Below are positions 49,189 through 58,880 of a DNA stretch of 64,000 bases, piece by piece. How positions within the stretch are numbered: position 1 is the first letter of the stretch; every line of letters begins with the position of its first letter. Below the pieces are notes generated by a model. The model did not search any database. It was given only the letters and a program-made list of their open reading frames with translations, and had not been told where the DNA came from. A program made the position numbers and the translations under genes. The stretch spans positions 288,001 through 352,000 of the forward strand of contig OZ219872.1 in NCBI GenBank assembly GCA_964291495.2, written 5' to 3'. Origin of the DNA: Dehalococcoidia bacterium (GTDB lineage Bacteria; Chloroflexota; Dehalococcoidia; UBA2979).

Positions 49189-50822
49189 ACGACCATGCGC
49201 CCGATCACGTCGTGCAGGTGGACGGACTGCGGGTCGAGGACCGTACCGGACACCCGATCCTGGGCGGTGTCTCCGTCTCGCTCCCCGCGGGCTCGCGCCT
49301 GGGGATCGTCGGGGAATCGGGCGCCGGGAAGACGACGCTTGCCCTCGGGCTCCTCGGCCACTTCCGTCCCGGCCTCACCCGCACGGCCGGTACGATCCAC
49401 GTCGCCGGCCACGACGTGCTCGCGGCGTCTGCACGCCAGCTCCGCGCCTATCGACGCAGCGTCGTCTCCTACCTCGGTCAGGATCCCGCGGCCGCCCTCA
49501 CCCCGAACATGCGGATCGGCGCCCAGGTCGCCGAGCTCCTGCACGGCGATCGCGGCGACGATGTCCTCCGTGCCAGGTTCGAGGCGGTGGGTCTTCCGGG
49601 CGACCGCGACTTCCGCCGCCGCTACCCGCACCAGGTGTCCGGCGGGCAGCTGCAACGCGTCGCCATCGCCCGGGCGCTGGCGCCCGACCCGGCCGTGCTC
49701 GTGCTCGACGAGCCGACCGCCGGCCTCGACCTCGTCACGCGCGGCCTGATCGCGGAGGAGATCGAGCGCCAGGCCGACCTGCGCTCGCTGGCCCTCGTGA
49801 TGGTCTCGCACGATCTCGCGATGGTGGCGCGCTCTGCAGACGAGTTGGTGGTGCTTCGCGACGGCGTCGTCGTCGAATCAGGCTCGGTTGGCGGCATGCT
49901 GACGCGACCGACCCATGCCTATACACGCGAGCTTGTTGAGGCCTGCGACGGTGAGGCTTCCCGACCCGAGAGCGATCCGGGCCCGGCGGGCGATGCGGCC
50001 TTGAGGGTTCGCGGCCTGGCGGCCGGCTACCGGCAGGGCAGGGAATCGATACCCGTCGTCGAGGACTTCGACCTCGATGTCGCCCCGGGTGAGTGCGTGG
50101 CGCTGATCGGCGCTTCCGGGGCGGGCAAGAGCACCATCGCCCGCTGCCTGCTCGGGTTGCATCTGCCCGCGCGCGGCGAGGTCACCGTGGCGGGCGGCCG
50201 CCTCGCCCCCGCGGTTCGGCAGCGCAGCGTGGCGGAGCGGCGGACGATCCAGCTGGTGCCTCAAGACCCTCTCGGCTCGCTCAACCCGCGCCGGCGGGTC
50301 GGCGATACGCTGCGGCACGCGCTCCGCACGATGCGCGGCCTCAGCCGTCGCGAGGCGGACGCGGAGGCCGCGCGATTGCTCGAGCGGGTGCGGCTCTCGC
50401 CGGAGCTGCTCAAGCGGCTACCGCGCGACCTCTCAGGCGGGGAGCGCCAGCGGGTCGCGATCGCCCGGGCGCTGGCCGCTGAGCCGCATGTCCTGATCTG
50501 CGACGAGGTGACGTCCGCCCTCGATGTCTCGGTCGAGGCGTCGATCCTTGACTTGATCGACAGTCTGCGCGCCGACAGCGGGATGGCGGTGCTGCTGATC
50601 GCGCACGATCTGCGCGTGGTGCGCCGCATCGCCGACCGCGCGGTGGTGCTGCACGACCGGCGCGTCTGCGAGCATGGTCCGGTCGAAGACGTCCTCGGAT
50701 CCCCCGGCCACGAGCTGACGCGCGCGCTCGTCGCTGCGGACCGTCCCGTCGCGGCAATCGTCCACGATCGAGCGCATCAGGCGCGGTCCCCGCGGCCCGT
50801 GCCGGAAACGGCGCCACTATGA
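49185..50822 (+). CDS. ABC transporter ATP-binding protein (two NBDs)
   Basis: GESGAGKT/VSGGQ/LDEPT and GASGAGKS/LSGGE/CDEVT. Confidence 0.93.
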   Translation: MNDHAPDHVVQVDGLRVEDRTGHPILGGVSVSLPAGSRLGIVGESGAGKTTLALGLLGHFRPGLTRTAGTIHVAGHDVLAASARQLRAYRRSVVSYLGQDPAAALTPNMRIGAQVAELLHGDRGDDVLRARFEAVGLPGDRDFRRRYPHQVSGGQLQRVAIARALAPDPAVLVLDEPTAGLDLVTRGLIAEEIERQADLRSLALVMVSHDLAMVARSADELVVLRDGVVVESGSVGGMLTRPTHAYTRELVEACDGEASRPESDPGPAGDAALRVRGLAAGYRQGRESIPVVEDFDLDVAPGECVALIGASGAGKSTIARCLLGLHLPARGEVTVAGGRLAPAVRQRSVAERRTIQLVPQDPLGSLNPRRRVGDTLRHALRTMRGLSRREADAEAARLLERVRLSPELLKRLPRDLSGGERQRVAIARALAAEPHVLICDEVTSALDVSVEASILDLIDSLRADSGMAVLLIAHDLRVVRRIADRAVVLHDRRVCEHGPVEDVLGSPGHELTRALVAADRPVAAIVHDRAHQARSPRPVPETAPL

Positions 50823-51868
50823 GCACCGCGCACGAGGCCCCGGGCACGCCCATGCAGTTCGGTCTGTTCCTGAACAACGGCATCTTCGAGGGCGTCGATG
50901 ACGCCGGGGCGCTCGCGCTCACCGTCGAGACCGCGGACCTTGCCGAGGAGCTCGGCTACCACGAGTTGTGGGTGACGGAGCATCACTTCATCGAGTACGG
51001 CGTATGCCCCTCGGCGATCACGCTGGCCGGGTTCCTGCTCGGGCGAACGAGCCGCATCCGTGTCGGCACGGCGGTCACGCTGGCGCCGCTGGTCCATCCG
51101 GTGGCGCTCGCCGAGCAGACGGCGCTCAACGACCAGCTCAGCGGCGGTCGCTTCGACCTCGGGCTGGGACGCGGTGGCTACGAGCTCGACTACAAGGTCT
51201 TCGGCGTCTCGCCGATGCGCTGGACAACGGAGATCGAGGCGACGCTCGATGCCGTGATCGACGCGCTGTCGAATGACGAAACGCGCAGCACCAACGGCTT
51301 CTTCCCCTACGACACGGTCGCCGTCCGCCCGCGAACGCGCACCCGCCCACACCCGCCGATCTACGTCGCCACGACCACGCCCGGCTCGCTGAAGGCGGCG
51401 GCGCGAAAGCGGCTTCCGCTTCAGTTCTACCACCATCTCCCCGCGGCCGAGGCGCGCGCCGAGATCGCCAGCCAGTACCGCGGCTTCGCCGAGGAGGCCG
51501 GCTGGGATGGCGCCGCCGACCACCTCCACACCGTGATCTGCTTCGTAGACGACGACGAGGCGTCCGCGCGCGAGCGACTGACCGAGGGGTTGGTTCATTC
51601 CTGGAGCAAGGGCATGCACCCGGGTCTCTACCGGCGCGAAGCGCCGGTCGGAGAGCCCGAGGAACGCGCCGCCCGGATCGTCAACCAGAGCCCCGTTGGC
51701 CCGCCGGACCTCGTTGCCGGCTGGCTCGAGGAGTTCTCCCGGGCCACGGGCGCCACAAAGTTCGGGCTCTACATGGAGGCCGACGGGAACCCGGCGCGGG
51801 TGCTCACCTCGGTGCGGCGGTTCGCCGAGGAAGTGATGCCGCGCCTGCGCGGCCAGGCGCCGCGCTAG
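50819..51868 (+). CDS. Luciferase-like (LLM) flavin-dependent monooxygenase
   Basis: WVTEHHF, RIRVGTAV, HPVALAE...DQLSGGRFDLGLGRG, RFAEEVMP. Confidence 0.92.
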   Translation: MSTAHEAPGTPMQFGLFLNNGIFEGVDDAGALALTVETADLAEELGYHELWVTEHHFIEYGVCPSAITLAGFLLGRTSRIRVGTAVTLAPLVHPVALAEQTALNDQLSGGRFDLGLGRGGYELDYKVFGVSPMRWTTEIEATLDAVIDALSNDETRSTNGFFPYDTVAVRPRTRTRPHPPIYVATTTPGSLKAAARKRLPLQFYHHLPAAEARAEIASQYRGFAEEAGWDGAADHLHTVICFVDDDEASARERLTEGLVHSWSKGMHPGLYRREAPVGEPEERAARIVNQSPVGPPDLVAGWLEEFSRATGATKFGLYMEADGNPARVLTSVRRFAEEVMPRLRGQAPR

Positions 51869-51870
51869 CG

Positions 51871-52150
51871 TGTCCTATTCCCGAGTAGCTGCGACAGGTG
51901 CCGGGCTTCTGAGATTGGGGCCAGGCGGTACATCCTGCTGTGTGTCCAAGCACAGGAAAGAGATCCGCCGTGACCCCTGACGACCGACTGTACCGCTTCC
52001 GCCAGCGCACGCTCGCACTCGCCGAGGAACCGGGCAACGTCCGCGCCGCCTGCCGGGTGATGGACATCCATCCCTCGACCTTCTACCGCTGGCGCAGGGA
52101 CGCCGAGCGCTACGGGCTGGAGCTGCTGCGTCCCCGCGAGCGCCGCCGCC
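51871..52150 (+). mobile_element. Truncated IS481-like element (left end plus HTH of transposase from GTG 51970)
   Basis: Starts with TGT; DDRLYRFRQRTLALAEE.GNVRAACRVMDIHPSTFYRWRR...LRPRERRRP; no catalytic domain or right end. Confidence 0.7.
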
Positions 52151-52325
52151 CGCCACCGACGAGGACCTCGAGCGTGAGATTCCGGCCCGCAACGGCAGCG
52201 AGAGCGTCGGCGAGGCGATCTCGCTGCACATGATGGGCCACTTCAACGGCCACCGCGGGGAGATCAACCTCCTCCGCGGCATGCAGGGGATGCCCACCGT
52301 CATGGCCGCCCAGGGCACCCACTAG
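52151..52325 (+). repeat. 175-bp direct repeat, right copy (orphan DinB-family 3' fragment)
   Basis: Matches 43197-43371; differences ACG>ACC and GGC>GGG. Confidence 0.95.
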
Positions 52326-52409
52326 CGCCGACCGGATCTCCGTCGGGGTGGTGGCGGCACGCCCGCCGCATGCGGCGCGTGCCATAGTCCGTCGCCTTAT
52401 GTCTGGTGA

Positions 52410-52484
52410 TGGCACCCTCGGCAGGATTCGAACCTGCGCACCCGGCTCCGGAGGCCGGTGCTCTATCCCCTGAGCTACGAGGGC
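52410..52484 (-). tRNA. tRNA-Arg (CCG)
   Basis: GCCCTCG/CGAGGGT acceptor, CCGGC-CTCCGGA-GCCGG, GGTTCGAATCC, CCA. Confidence 0.97.
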
Positions 52485-52530
52485 GCGCCGATCAGTGTAG
52501 GGAGCGCGCTTCGCCGACGGCAAGCGCGCG

Positions 52531-53670
52531 CTATGTCTCGGCCGCCGCCACGTCGGCGAAGAACGCCGCGACATCCTCCGCGAACAGCCGCGGCTGCTCC
52601 AGCGCCGCGAAGTGGCCGCCGCGCTCCGGCTCGCTCCAGCGCACGAGGTTGAACGATCGCTCGACGAGCGGGCGGGGCGCCGTCCACGGCTCGCCGCGGA
52701 AGCGCGCGAACGCCATCGGCGCGGGCGGGGCGGACGCCGCACGGAACGGCGGCGACTCGCGACGGCTCTCGAAGTAGGTGCGCGCCGCGGACAGTGCGCT
52801 GCCGGTCAGCCAGTAGAGCGTGACGTTCGCCAGGACCGCATCGCGATCGAAGATCTCCCAGAGCTCGCCCCCCTCGCTCCACGCCTCGAACTTCTCGAGG
52901 ATCCAGGCGAGCAAGCCGACCGGCGAGTCGTTGAGCGAGTAGGCGAGAGTCTGCGGCTTCGTGCCCTGGATGTGGCCGTAGGCGCCCTCGAGGTCACGCC
53001 ACTCCGCCATCTGCTCGCGCCACGCAGCCTCCTCCTCGGAGAACTCCTCGCCCGGCCCTCGCTGCACAAGCCCTGCAGGGAAGTTGAGGTGTAGCCCGAT
53101 CACGGCCTGCGGCTGCTGGTGCGCCAGCCGCGCCCCGACGATCGAGCCCCAGTCGCCGCCCTGCACGCCGTAACGCTCGTGGCCGAGCTCCGTCATCAGC
53201 GCGTGCATGCGCTCCGCGATCCGGCCCGGGTGCATCCCCGGCTCGCGGGCCGCCTCCGAGAACCCGTAGCCGGGCAGCGAGGGCACGACGACCTCGAAGG
53301 CCGGCGCATCGCCGACGCCGTCCGCGAGCAGCTCCGCCGCTGGCAGCAGCTCGATGAACGAGCCCGGCCAGCCGTGCAACAGCAGCAGCGGTACACGCCC
53401 TTCGCCTGCTCCGAGGACGACGCAGTGCAGCGCCTCGGCGTCGCCGACGGGGCCGCGCAGGTGCGTGAAGCGGTTGAGCGAGTCCTGCACCTCGAACCAG
53501 TCGAACTCCTCGCGCCAGTAGCGCACGAGGTCGCGCAGCACGCCGTCGTCGGTGCCGGCGGACCAGCCGGTGGCGAAGGGAATCGAGGGCCAGCGTGTCT
53601 CGTCGATGCGGCGGTGGAGGTCCGCGACCGCGTCCTCGCCGAAGTCGATGCGGAAGGGTTGCAGCGCCAT
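52531..53670 (-). CDS. Epoxide hydrolase (EHN-type alpha/beta hydrolase)
   Basis: LLLHGWPGS, PSLPGYGFS, QGGDWG, DSPVGL, GGHFAALEQP. Confidence 0.93.
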   Translation of the reverse strand: MALQPFRIDFGEDAVADLHRRIDETRWPSIPFATGWSAGTDDGVLRDLVRYWREEFDWFEVQDSLNRFTHLRGPVGDAEALHCVVLGAGEGRVPLLLLHGWPGSFIELLPAAELLADGVGDAPAFEVVVPSLPGYGFSEAAREPGMHPGRIAERMHALMTELGHERYGVQGGDWGSIVGARLAHQQPQAVIGLHLNFPAGLVQRGPGEEFSEEEAAWREQMAEWRDLEGAYGHIQGTKPQTLAYSLNDSPVGLLAWILEKFEAWSEGGELWEIFDRDAVLANVTLYWLTGSALSAARTYFESRRESPPFRAASAPPAPMAFARFRGEPWTAPRPLVERSFNLVRWSEPERGGHFAALEQPRLFAEDVAAFFADVAAAET

Positions 53671-53684
53671 GGGCGCAGTATCGC

Positions 53685-55214
53685 CTACTCGCGCCCCCTG
53701 CGCCGGTACTGGATCGCCTCGGCGAGGTGCGCCGACGAGATCTCGTCGGCGCCCTCGAGGTCGGCGATGGTGCGGGCGACGCGCAGCACGCGGTGGAAGG
53801 CGCGCGCGGAGAGACCGATCTGCTCCATCGCGGCCGCGAGCAGCGGCTCGGCCCCCGCCTCGAGGCGCTGCTGGCAGAGGCGGCGCACCTCCTGCGGACC
53901 CATCTCCGCATTCGTCAGCGCGTCGCCGGGCGCGTGGTTCCCGGCGGCGAGCCGTTCGCGCTGCCTCGCTCGCGCCGCCTCGACGCGCTCGCGCACCTCG
54001 GCGCTCGACTCGCCCGAGGGCGCGCGCGTCAGGTCGTCGTACTCGACGCGCGGCACGTCGACGAAGAGATCGAAGCGGTCGAGCAGCGGCCCGGAGACGC
54101 GGCGCTGGTAGCGCGAGACGGTGGCCTCCGGGCAGGCACAGGAGCGGCGGCTGTCGCCGTAGTAGCCGCAGGGGCAGGGGTTCATCGCCGCGACGAGCAG
54201 GATGCGCGCGGGGAAGCTGACCGAGCCGCGCACGCGCGAGATCGTGACCGAGCCCGCCTCGAGCGGCTCGCGCAACGCCTCGAGGGCGCTCCCGGGGTAC
54301 TCCGGGAACTCGTCGAGGAAGAGCACGCCGCGGTGCGCCAGCGAGATCTCGCCCGGCCGGATCACGCTGCCGCCGCCCACGAGACCGGCGTGAGAGATGG
54401 TGTGGTGCGGGGCGCGGAAGGGCCGCTGGCGGATGAAGGGGCGGTCCCGGCCCATCATGCCGGCGACGGAGTAGATCTTCGTGACCTCGAGGGCCTCGGC
54501 GGCGGTCAGCTCCGGGAGCAGGCCTGGCACGCAGCGGGCCAGCAGCGTCTTTCCGGAGCCGGGCGGGCCTTGCAGCATGACGTTGTGCCCGCCCGCGGCG
54601 GCGACCTCGAGCGCGCGCTTGACGTGCTCCTGCCCGTGGACTGCCGCGAGGTCGAAGGCAGGCTTGGGAAGCTCGTCCGGCTCGCCGTCGCCGTCCTCGC
54701 AGGCCCAGCCGTCCGGCTCGGCGCGCACGTCGGCGAGGCTGGCGAGGCCGCGCACGTCCACCAGCTCGGCGAGCCGCGCCTCGGCGACGTCGTCGGGCGG
54801 CACCACGGCCGTGCCGATGCCCTCGTCGGCGCACATCGAGACGAGCGGAAGCACGCCGCTGACGTGACGCAGGCGGCCGTCGAGCGAGAGCTCGCCGAGC
54901 AGCGCCATCTCCTCGAAGCGGTCGGGCACCTGGTGCGAGGCGACGAGGATCGCGACCGCGATCGGCAGGTCGTAGAGCGGGCCCTGCTTGCGCACGTCAG
55001 CGGGGGCGAGGTTGACGGTGATGCGGCGCAGCGGGAACTCGAAGCCCGCGTTGCGGATCGCCGCCCGCACGCGCTCCTTCGCCTCCTGCACCGCGGTGTC
55101 GGGCAACCCCACGATCTGGAACGCGGGCAAGCCGCTCCCGATGTCCACCTCGACGTCGACGGGGATGCCGTCGATGCCCACTACTGCTCCGCTGCGAACC
55201 TTTGCGAGTGCCAT
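53685..55214 (-). CDS. comM: YifB/ComM Mg-chelatase-like AAA+ ATPase
   Basis: IVGLPD, RITVNLAPAD, GPPGSGKT, RAPHHT, PGEISLAHRGVLFLDE, MNPCPCG. Confidence 0.93.
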   Translation of the reverse strand: MALAKVRSGAVVGIDGIPVDVEVDIGSGLPAFQIVGLPDTAVQEAKERVRAAIRNAGFEFPLRRITVNLAPADVRKQGPLYDLPIAVAILVASHQVPDRFEEMALLGELSLDGRLRHVSGVLPLVSMCADEGIGTAVVPPDDVAEARLAELVDVRGLASLADVRAEPDGWACEDGDGEPDELPKPAFDLAAVHGQEHVKRALEVAAAGGHNVMLQGPPGSGKTLLARCVPGLLPELTAAEALEVTKIYSVAGMMGRDRPFIRQRPFRAPHHTISHAGLVGGGSVIRPGEISLAHRGVLFLDEFPEYPGSALEALREPLEAGSVTISRVRGSVSFPARILLVAAMNPCPCGYYGDSRRSCACPEATVSRYQRRVSGPLLDRFDLFVDVPRVEYDDLTRAPSGESSAEVRERVEAARARQRERLAAGNHAPGDALTNAEMGPQEVRRLCQQRLEAGAEPLLAAAMEQIGLSARAFHRVLRVARTIADLEGADEISSAHLAEAIQYRRRGRE

Positions 55215-55220
55215 GTGCAG

Positions 55221-55250
55221 GTTGTAGCACACACGTTCGCTTTGTGGCAA
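55221..55250 (-). promoter_or_regulatory. comM promoter with LexA-like box
   Basis: TTGCCA-N18-TACAAC; GAAC-GTGT-GTGC at 55227-55238. Confidence 0.55.
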
Positions 55251-55274
55251 CCCCGTGTCAGGACGGAGCCGCGC

Positions 55275-57470
55275 TCAGCCCTCGGAACGGGTGACGGAGA
55301 CGACACCGCGCACGCTGTCGAGGCGGCTCATCAGGCGCGAGACCTGGGCGCGACCCTCTGTCTCGAGGGTGAGGTGGACCGTGGTCATGCGGTCATCGTG
55401 CTCCGTGCGGACCGCGACCATGTTCACCCGCTCGGCCGCCACCAGCGTGCTGATGTCCCGCAGCAGCCCGACGCGATCCCAGGCGTGGACCTCGACGGCG
55501 GCGGCGTAGAGCTCGCCCTCGCGGCCCCAGTCGCACTCGACGAAGCGCTGCGGCTCGGCGCCGCTGCGCGTGTTGTGACAGTCGCGGCGGTGCACCGTGA
55601 CGCCTCGGGAGCGCGTGATGTAGCCGATGATGTCGTCGCCCGGCAGGGGCCCGCAGCAGCGCGCGAGCGTGACGTGCAGTCCCGCGGAGCCGAGCACGCG
55701 CACGTTCGGCGGCCCCCGCCGCACCGAGGGGGCGCGCGTGCTGATCTCGGGCTGCTCGGGCAACTGATCGGCGATCTTCTGGCCGAGCGCCTGCAGCGAG
55801 ACGTCTCCGTAGCCGATCGCGGCGAGCATGTCCTCGAAGGACTCGTAGTGGAACTCGCGGTGGAGGTCGTCCGGAACCTCAGCGATGCCCATGCGCCTGC
55901 GCTCGCGCTCCAGCAGCTCGCGGCCCTTGGCGACGTTCTCGCCGCGCCTCTGCCGCCGGAACCACTGCCGCACCTTCTGGCGCGCCAGGCTCGACCCGAG
56001 GTAGCCGAGCTCCGGATTGAGCCAGTCGCGCGACGGCCCCCCGTCTCGCCGGCCGCGCACGATCTCGATCACGTCACCGTTCTGCAGCTTCGTGCTCAGC
56101 GCCACCAACCGCCCGTTGACCCTCGCGCCGGTGCAGTGGTGGCCGAGGTCCGTGTGAATGCGGTAGGCGAAGTCGATCGGGGTCGAGCCGGCCGGCAGCA
56201 CCCGCACATCCCCCCGAGGCGTGAAGACGAAGACCTGGTCGCGGAAGACGTCCGTCTTCACCGAGTCGAGGAAGTCCTCGGTGCCCGAGGCTTCCTGCTG
56301 CCACTCGATGAGGTGGCGCAGCCAGGCCATGCGCTCCTCGTACTGTCGGTCGCGCGCGCTGGCGTGCTCCTTGTAGGCCCAGTGGGCGGCGACGCCGTAC
56401 TCGGCGACCTCGTGCATCTCCCGGGTGCGGATCTGCACCTCGAATGGGCGCGCCCCGGGACCGAGCACGCTGGTATGCAGCGACTGGTACATCGACTCCT
56501 TGGGGTTGCCGATGTAGTCGTCGAAGCTGTTCGGGATCGGGTGCCAGGTCTGGTGGACGACACCGAGCGCGTGGTAGCACTCGGCGACCGAATCGACGAG
56601 GACGCGCACGGCGAGCAGGTCGTGGATCTGGTCGAAGGATTTCCCCTCGGCCGCGTAGCGCAGCATCTTCTCGTGGATCGAGTAGAGGTGCTTCACTCGC
56701 CCCATCACCTCGGCCTCGATGCCCGCCTCCTCGAGCGACTCGCGCAGGCCGCGCTCGACCCGGCGCAGGAAGCGCTCGCGCTCCGTCCGCCGCGAGGCGA
56801 GCGTGGAGGCGACGCGGCGGTAGTGCTCCGGCTCGAGCACGCGGAACGCGAGGTCCTCGAGCTGCCACTTCATCTGCCAGATCCCGAGCCGGCTCGCGAG
56901 CGGGGCGTAGATGTCCATGGTCTCGCGCGCGATCGCCTGTTGCCGATCCGGATCGAGGAACTGGATCGTCTGCATGTTGTGCAGCCGGTCGGCGATCTTG
57001 ACGATGACGACGCGCACGTCCTCCGCCATCGCCACCAGCATCTTGCGGAGCGTCTCGGCGTCCTCGGCGCTCTTGCGCGCGCCCAGCGCGACGCCCGCCG
57101 AGGGCAGGTGCTCGATCTTCGTCGCGCCTTCGACGAGGCTGACAACCTCGGCGCCGAAGCGCTGTCCCAGCTCGCGGGCGCTCACGCCGCAGTCCTCGAT
57201 CACGTCGTGCAGCAGCGCCGCTTGGACGGTGTGCACGTCCATGTTCAACCCCGCCACGAGACGGGCGACGGACACCGGGTGGACGATGTAGGGATCGCCG
57301 GACTTGCGCAGCTGGCCCTCGTGGCACTCGGCGGCGTAGGCGTAAGCCTCGCGCGCGGCCTCGACGCGGTCGTCCGGGAGGTAGTCGCGGAGCGCGTCGA
57401 GCAACTCGGCCGAGCCGTCCGGCTGTGCGCGAACCGCGATGCCCTGCTCGCTGCGCCCGTTCCCGGTCAT
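55275..57470 (-). CDS. rel: Bifunctional (p)ppGpp synthetase/hydrolase
   Basis: RKSGDPYIVHP, LLHDVIED, ADRLHNM, YQSLHT, EVQIRT, TGS and ACT domains. Confidence 0.96.
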   Translation of the reverse strand: MTGNGRSEQGIAVRAQPDGSAELLDALRDYLPDDRVEAAREAYAYAAECHEGQLRKSGDPYIVHPVSVARLVAGLNMDVHTVQAALLHDVIEDCGVSARELGQRFGAEVVSLVEGATKIEHLPSAGVALGARKSAEDAETLRKMLVAMAEDVRVVIVKIADRLHNMQTIQFLDPDRQQAIARETMDIYAPLASRLGIWQMKWQLEDLAFRVLEPEHYRRVASTLASRRTERERFLRRVERGLRESLEEAGIEAEVMGRVKHLYSIHEKMLRYAAEGKSFDQIHDLLAVRVLVDSVAECYHALGVVHQTWHPIPNSFDDYIGNPKESMYQSLHTSVLGPGARPFEVQIRTREMHEVAEYGVAAHWAYKEHASARDRQYEERMAWLRHLIEWQQEASGTEDFLDSVKTDVFRDQVFVFTPRGDVRVLPAGSTPIDFAYRIHTDLGHHCTGARVNGRLVALSTKLQNGDVIEIVRGRRDGGPSRDWLNPELGYLGSSLARQKVRQWFRRQRRGENVAKGRELLERERRRMGIAEVPDDLHREFHYESFEDMLAAIGYGDVSLQALGQKIADQLPEQPEISTRAPSVRRGPPNVRVLGSAGLHVTLARCCGPLPGDDIIGYITRSRGVTVHRRDCHNTRSGAEPQRFVECDWGREGELYAAAVEVHAWDRVGLLRDISTLVAAERVNMVAVRTEHDDRMTTVHLTLETEGRAQVSRLMSRLDSVRGVVSVTRSEG

Positions 57471-57598
57471 GGGCTCTGAGCGTATGCCCTGCGCGGCATC
57501 GCCGCAACGCTTGTCATCGCGGCGAGCGCCCGGCGCACTGCGCCAGCGGCGGCGAGGCCGTAGGCTGGAAAGCGGTGGACCGCGCCTCGGAGGGAACG

Positions 57599-58876
57599 AT
57601 GGCGGACCTGCAGGCGCCGCGCGGCATGAGCGACCTGTTGCCGGAGGACGAGGCGCAGTGGCGCTTCGTCCGCGACACCACGGAGCGCGTCGCGGGACTG
57701 TTCGGCTACTCGCTGATCGCCACGCCGATCGTCGAGGACGTGCGCGTCTTCTCGCGCACCTCCGGCGACGAGAGCGACATCGTCTCGAAGGAGATGTACG
57801 TCTTCCAGGACCGCGGCGGGGGCGAGCTGGCGCTGCGGCCCGAGGGCACCGCGTCCGTCTGCCGCGCCTACCTCGAGCACGGCATGGCGAGCCGTCCGCA
57901 GCCGGTGCGCCTCTACTACTTCGGCCCGATGTTCCGCTACGACCGCCCGCAGGCGGGCCGTTACCGCCAGCTCTGGCAGCTCGGCGCGGAGTGCATCGGC
58001 GACGCCTCTCCCGCCGCCGACGCCGAGGTGATCGAGCTGCAGCACGCGATCTTCCGAGAGCTCGGGCTCGATGGCCTCGTGCTGCGCATCAACTCGATCG
58101 GCACGGCGGAGACGCGGCGCGGCTACATCGCGCACCTGCGCGAACACCTGCGCCCGCACCTCGACACGCTCTCCCACGACGCGCAGCGGCGCTTCGAGAC
58201 GAACCCGCTGCGCATCCTCGACTCGAAGGAGGACGCCGCCCACGAGGCCGTGCGCGAGGCGCCGAGCATCCTCGACCACCTCTCCGCCGAGGACGCCGAG
58301 CACTTCGCGACCGTCCGCTCCCTGCTCGACGCCGCCGGGGTCGCCTACGAGGTCGCACCCCGCATCGTGCGCGGCCTCGACTACTACGCGCGCACGGTCT
58401 GGGAGTTCGAGCCGCCCCCGGAGGACGGCACGGAGTCCGGCGGACAGTCGACGGTGGGCGCGGGCGGGCGCTACGACGGCCTGATCGAGCTGCTCGGCGG
58501 CCCGTCCACGCCCGGCACGGGCTTCGCGACGGGCATCGAGCGCACGCTGCTCAACATGCACGAGCGCGGCATCGAGGCGCCCTCGGCAGCCGCAGTCGAT
58601 GTCGCGACGGTCCCGCTCGGCGAGCTCGGCCCGGCGGCGGCGCTGCGCCTCGCGCAGGCGCTGCGGGCGGCGGGCTTCGCCGTCCGCGCCGGCGTCCCCG
58701 GCCGCTCCCTCCGCGCGCAGCTGCGAGGCGCGAACGCCTCGGGCGCGCGCTTCGCCGCCATCGTCGGCGACGACGAGGCCGCCCGCGGCGTCGTCCAGCT
58801 CAAGCCCCTCACGGGCGACGGCGACCAGTTCGAGGTCGCGGTCGGGGACGCGGCGGCGGCGGTGCGGGGGGAGTAG
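57599..58876 (+). CDS. hisS: Histidine--tRNA ligase
   Basis: PRGM.D, KEMY, LRPEGTA, FRYDRPQAGRYRQ, RGLDYY, GGRYDGL. Confidence 0.97.
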   Translation: MADLQAPRGMSDLLPEDEAQWRFVRDTTERVAGLFGYSLIATPIVEDVRVFSRTSGDESDIVSKEMYVFQDRGGGELALRPEGTASVCRAYLEHGMASRPQPVRLYYFGPMFRYDRPQAGRYRQLWQLGAECIGDASPAADAEVIELQHAIFRELGLDGLVLRINSIGTAETRRGYIAHLREHLRPHLDTLSHDAQRRFETNPLRILDSKEDAAHEAVREAPSILDHLSAEDAEHFATVRSLLDAAGVAYEVAPRIVRGLDYYARTVWEFEPPPEDGTESGGQSTVGAGGRYDGLIELLGGPSTPGTGFATGIERTLLNMHERGIEAPSAAAVDVATVPLGELGPAAALRLAQALRAAGFAVRAGVPGRSLRAQLRGANASGARFAAIVGDDEAARGVVQLKPLTGDGDQFEVAVGDAAAAVRGE

Positions 58877-58880
58877 GGCG

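Larger units (their letters stand above)
43197..52325. mobile_element. Direct-repeat-bounded genomic island (~9 kb), no integrase
   Basis: 175-bp terminal direct repeats, IS remnant at right end, self-contained cargo operon, adjacent tRNA-Arg. Confidence 0.75.

Noticed and set aside
50819-51868. Bioluminescence (luxA)
   Set aside because: No luxB or luxCDE; the motifs are shared across the LLM superfamily
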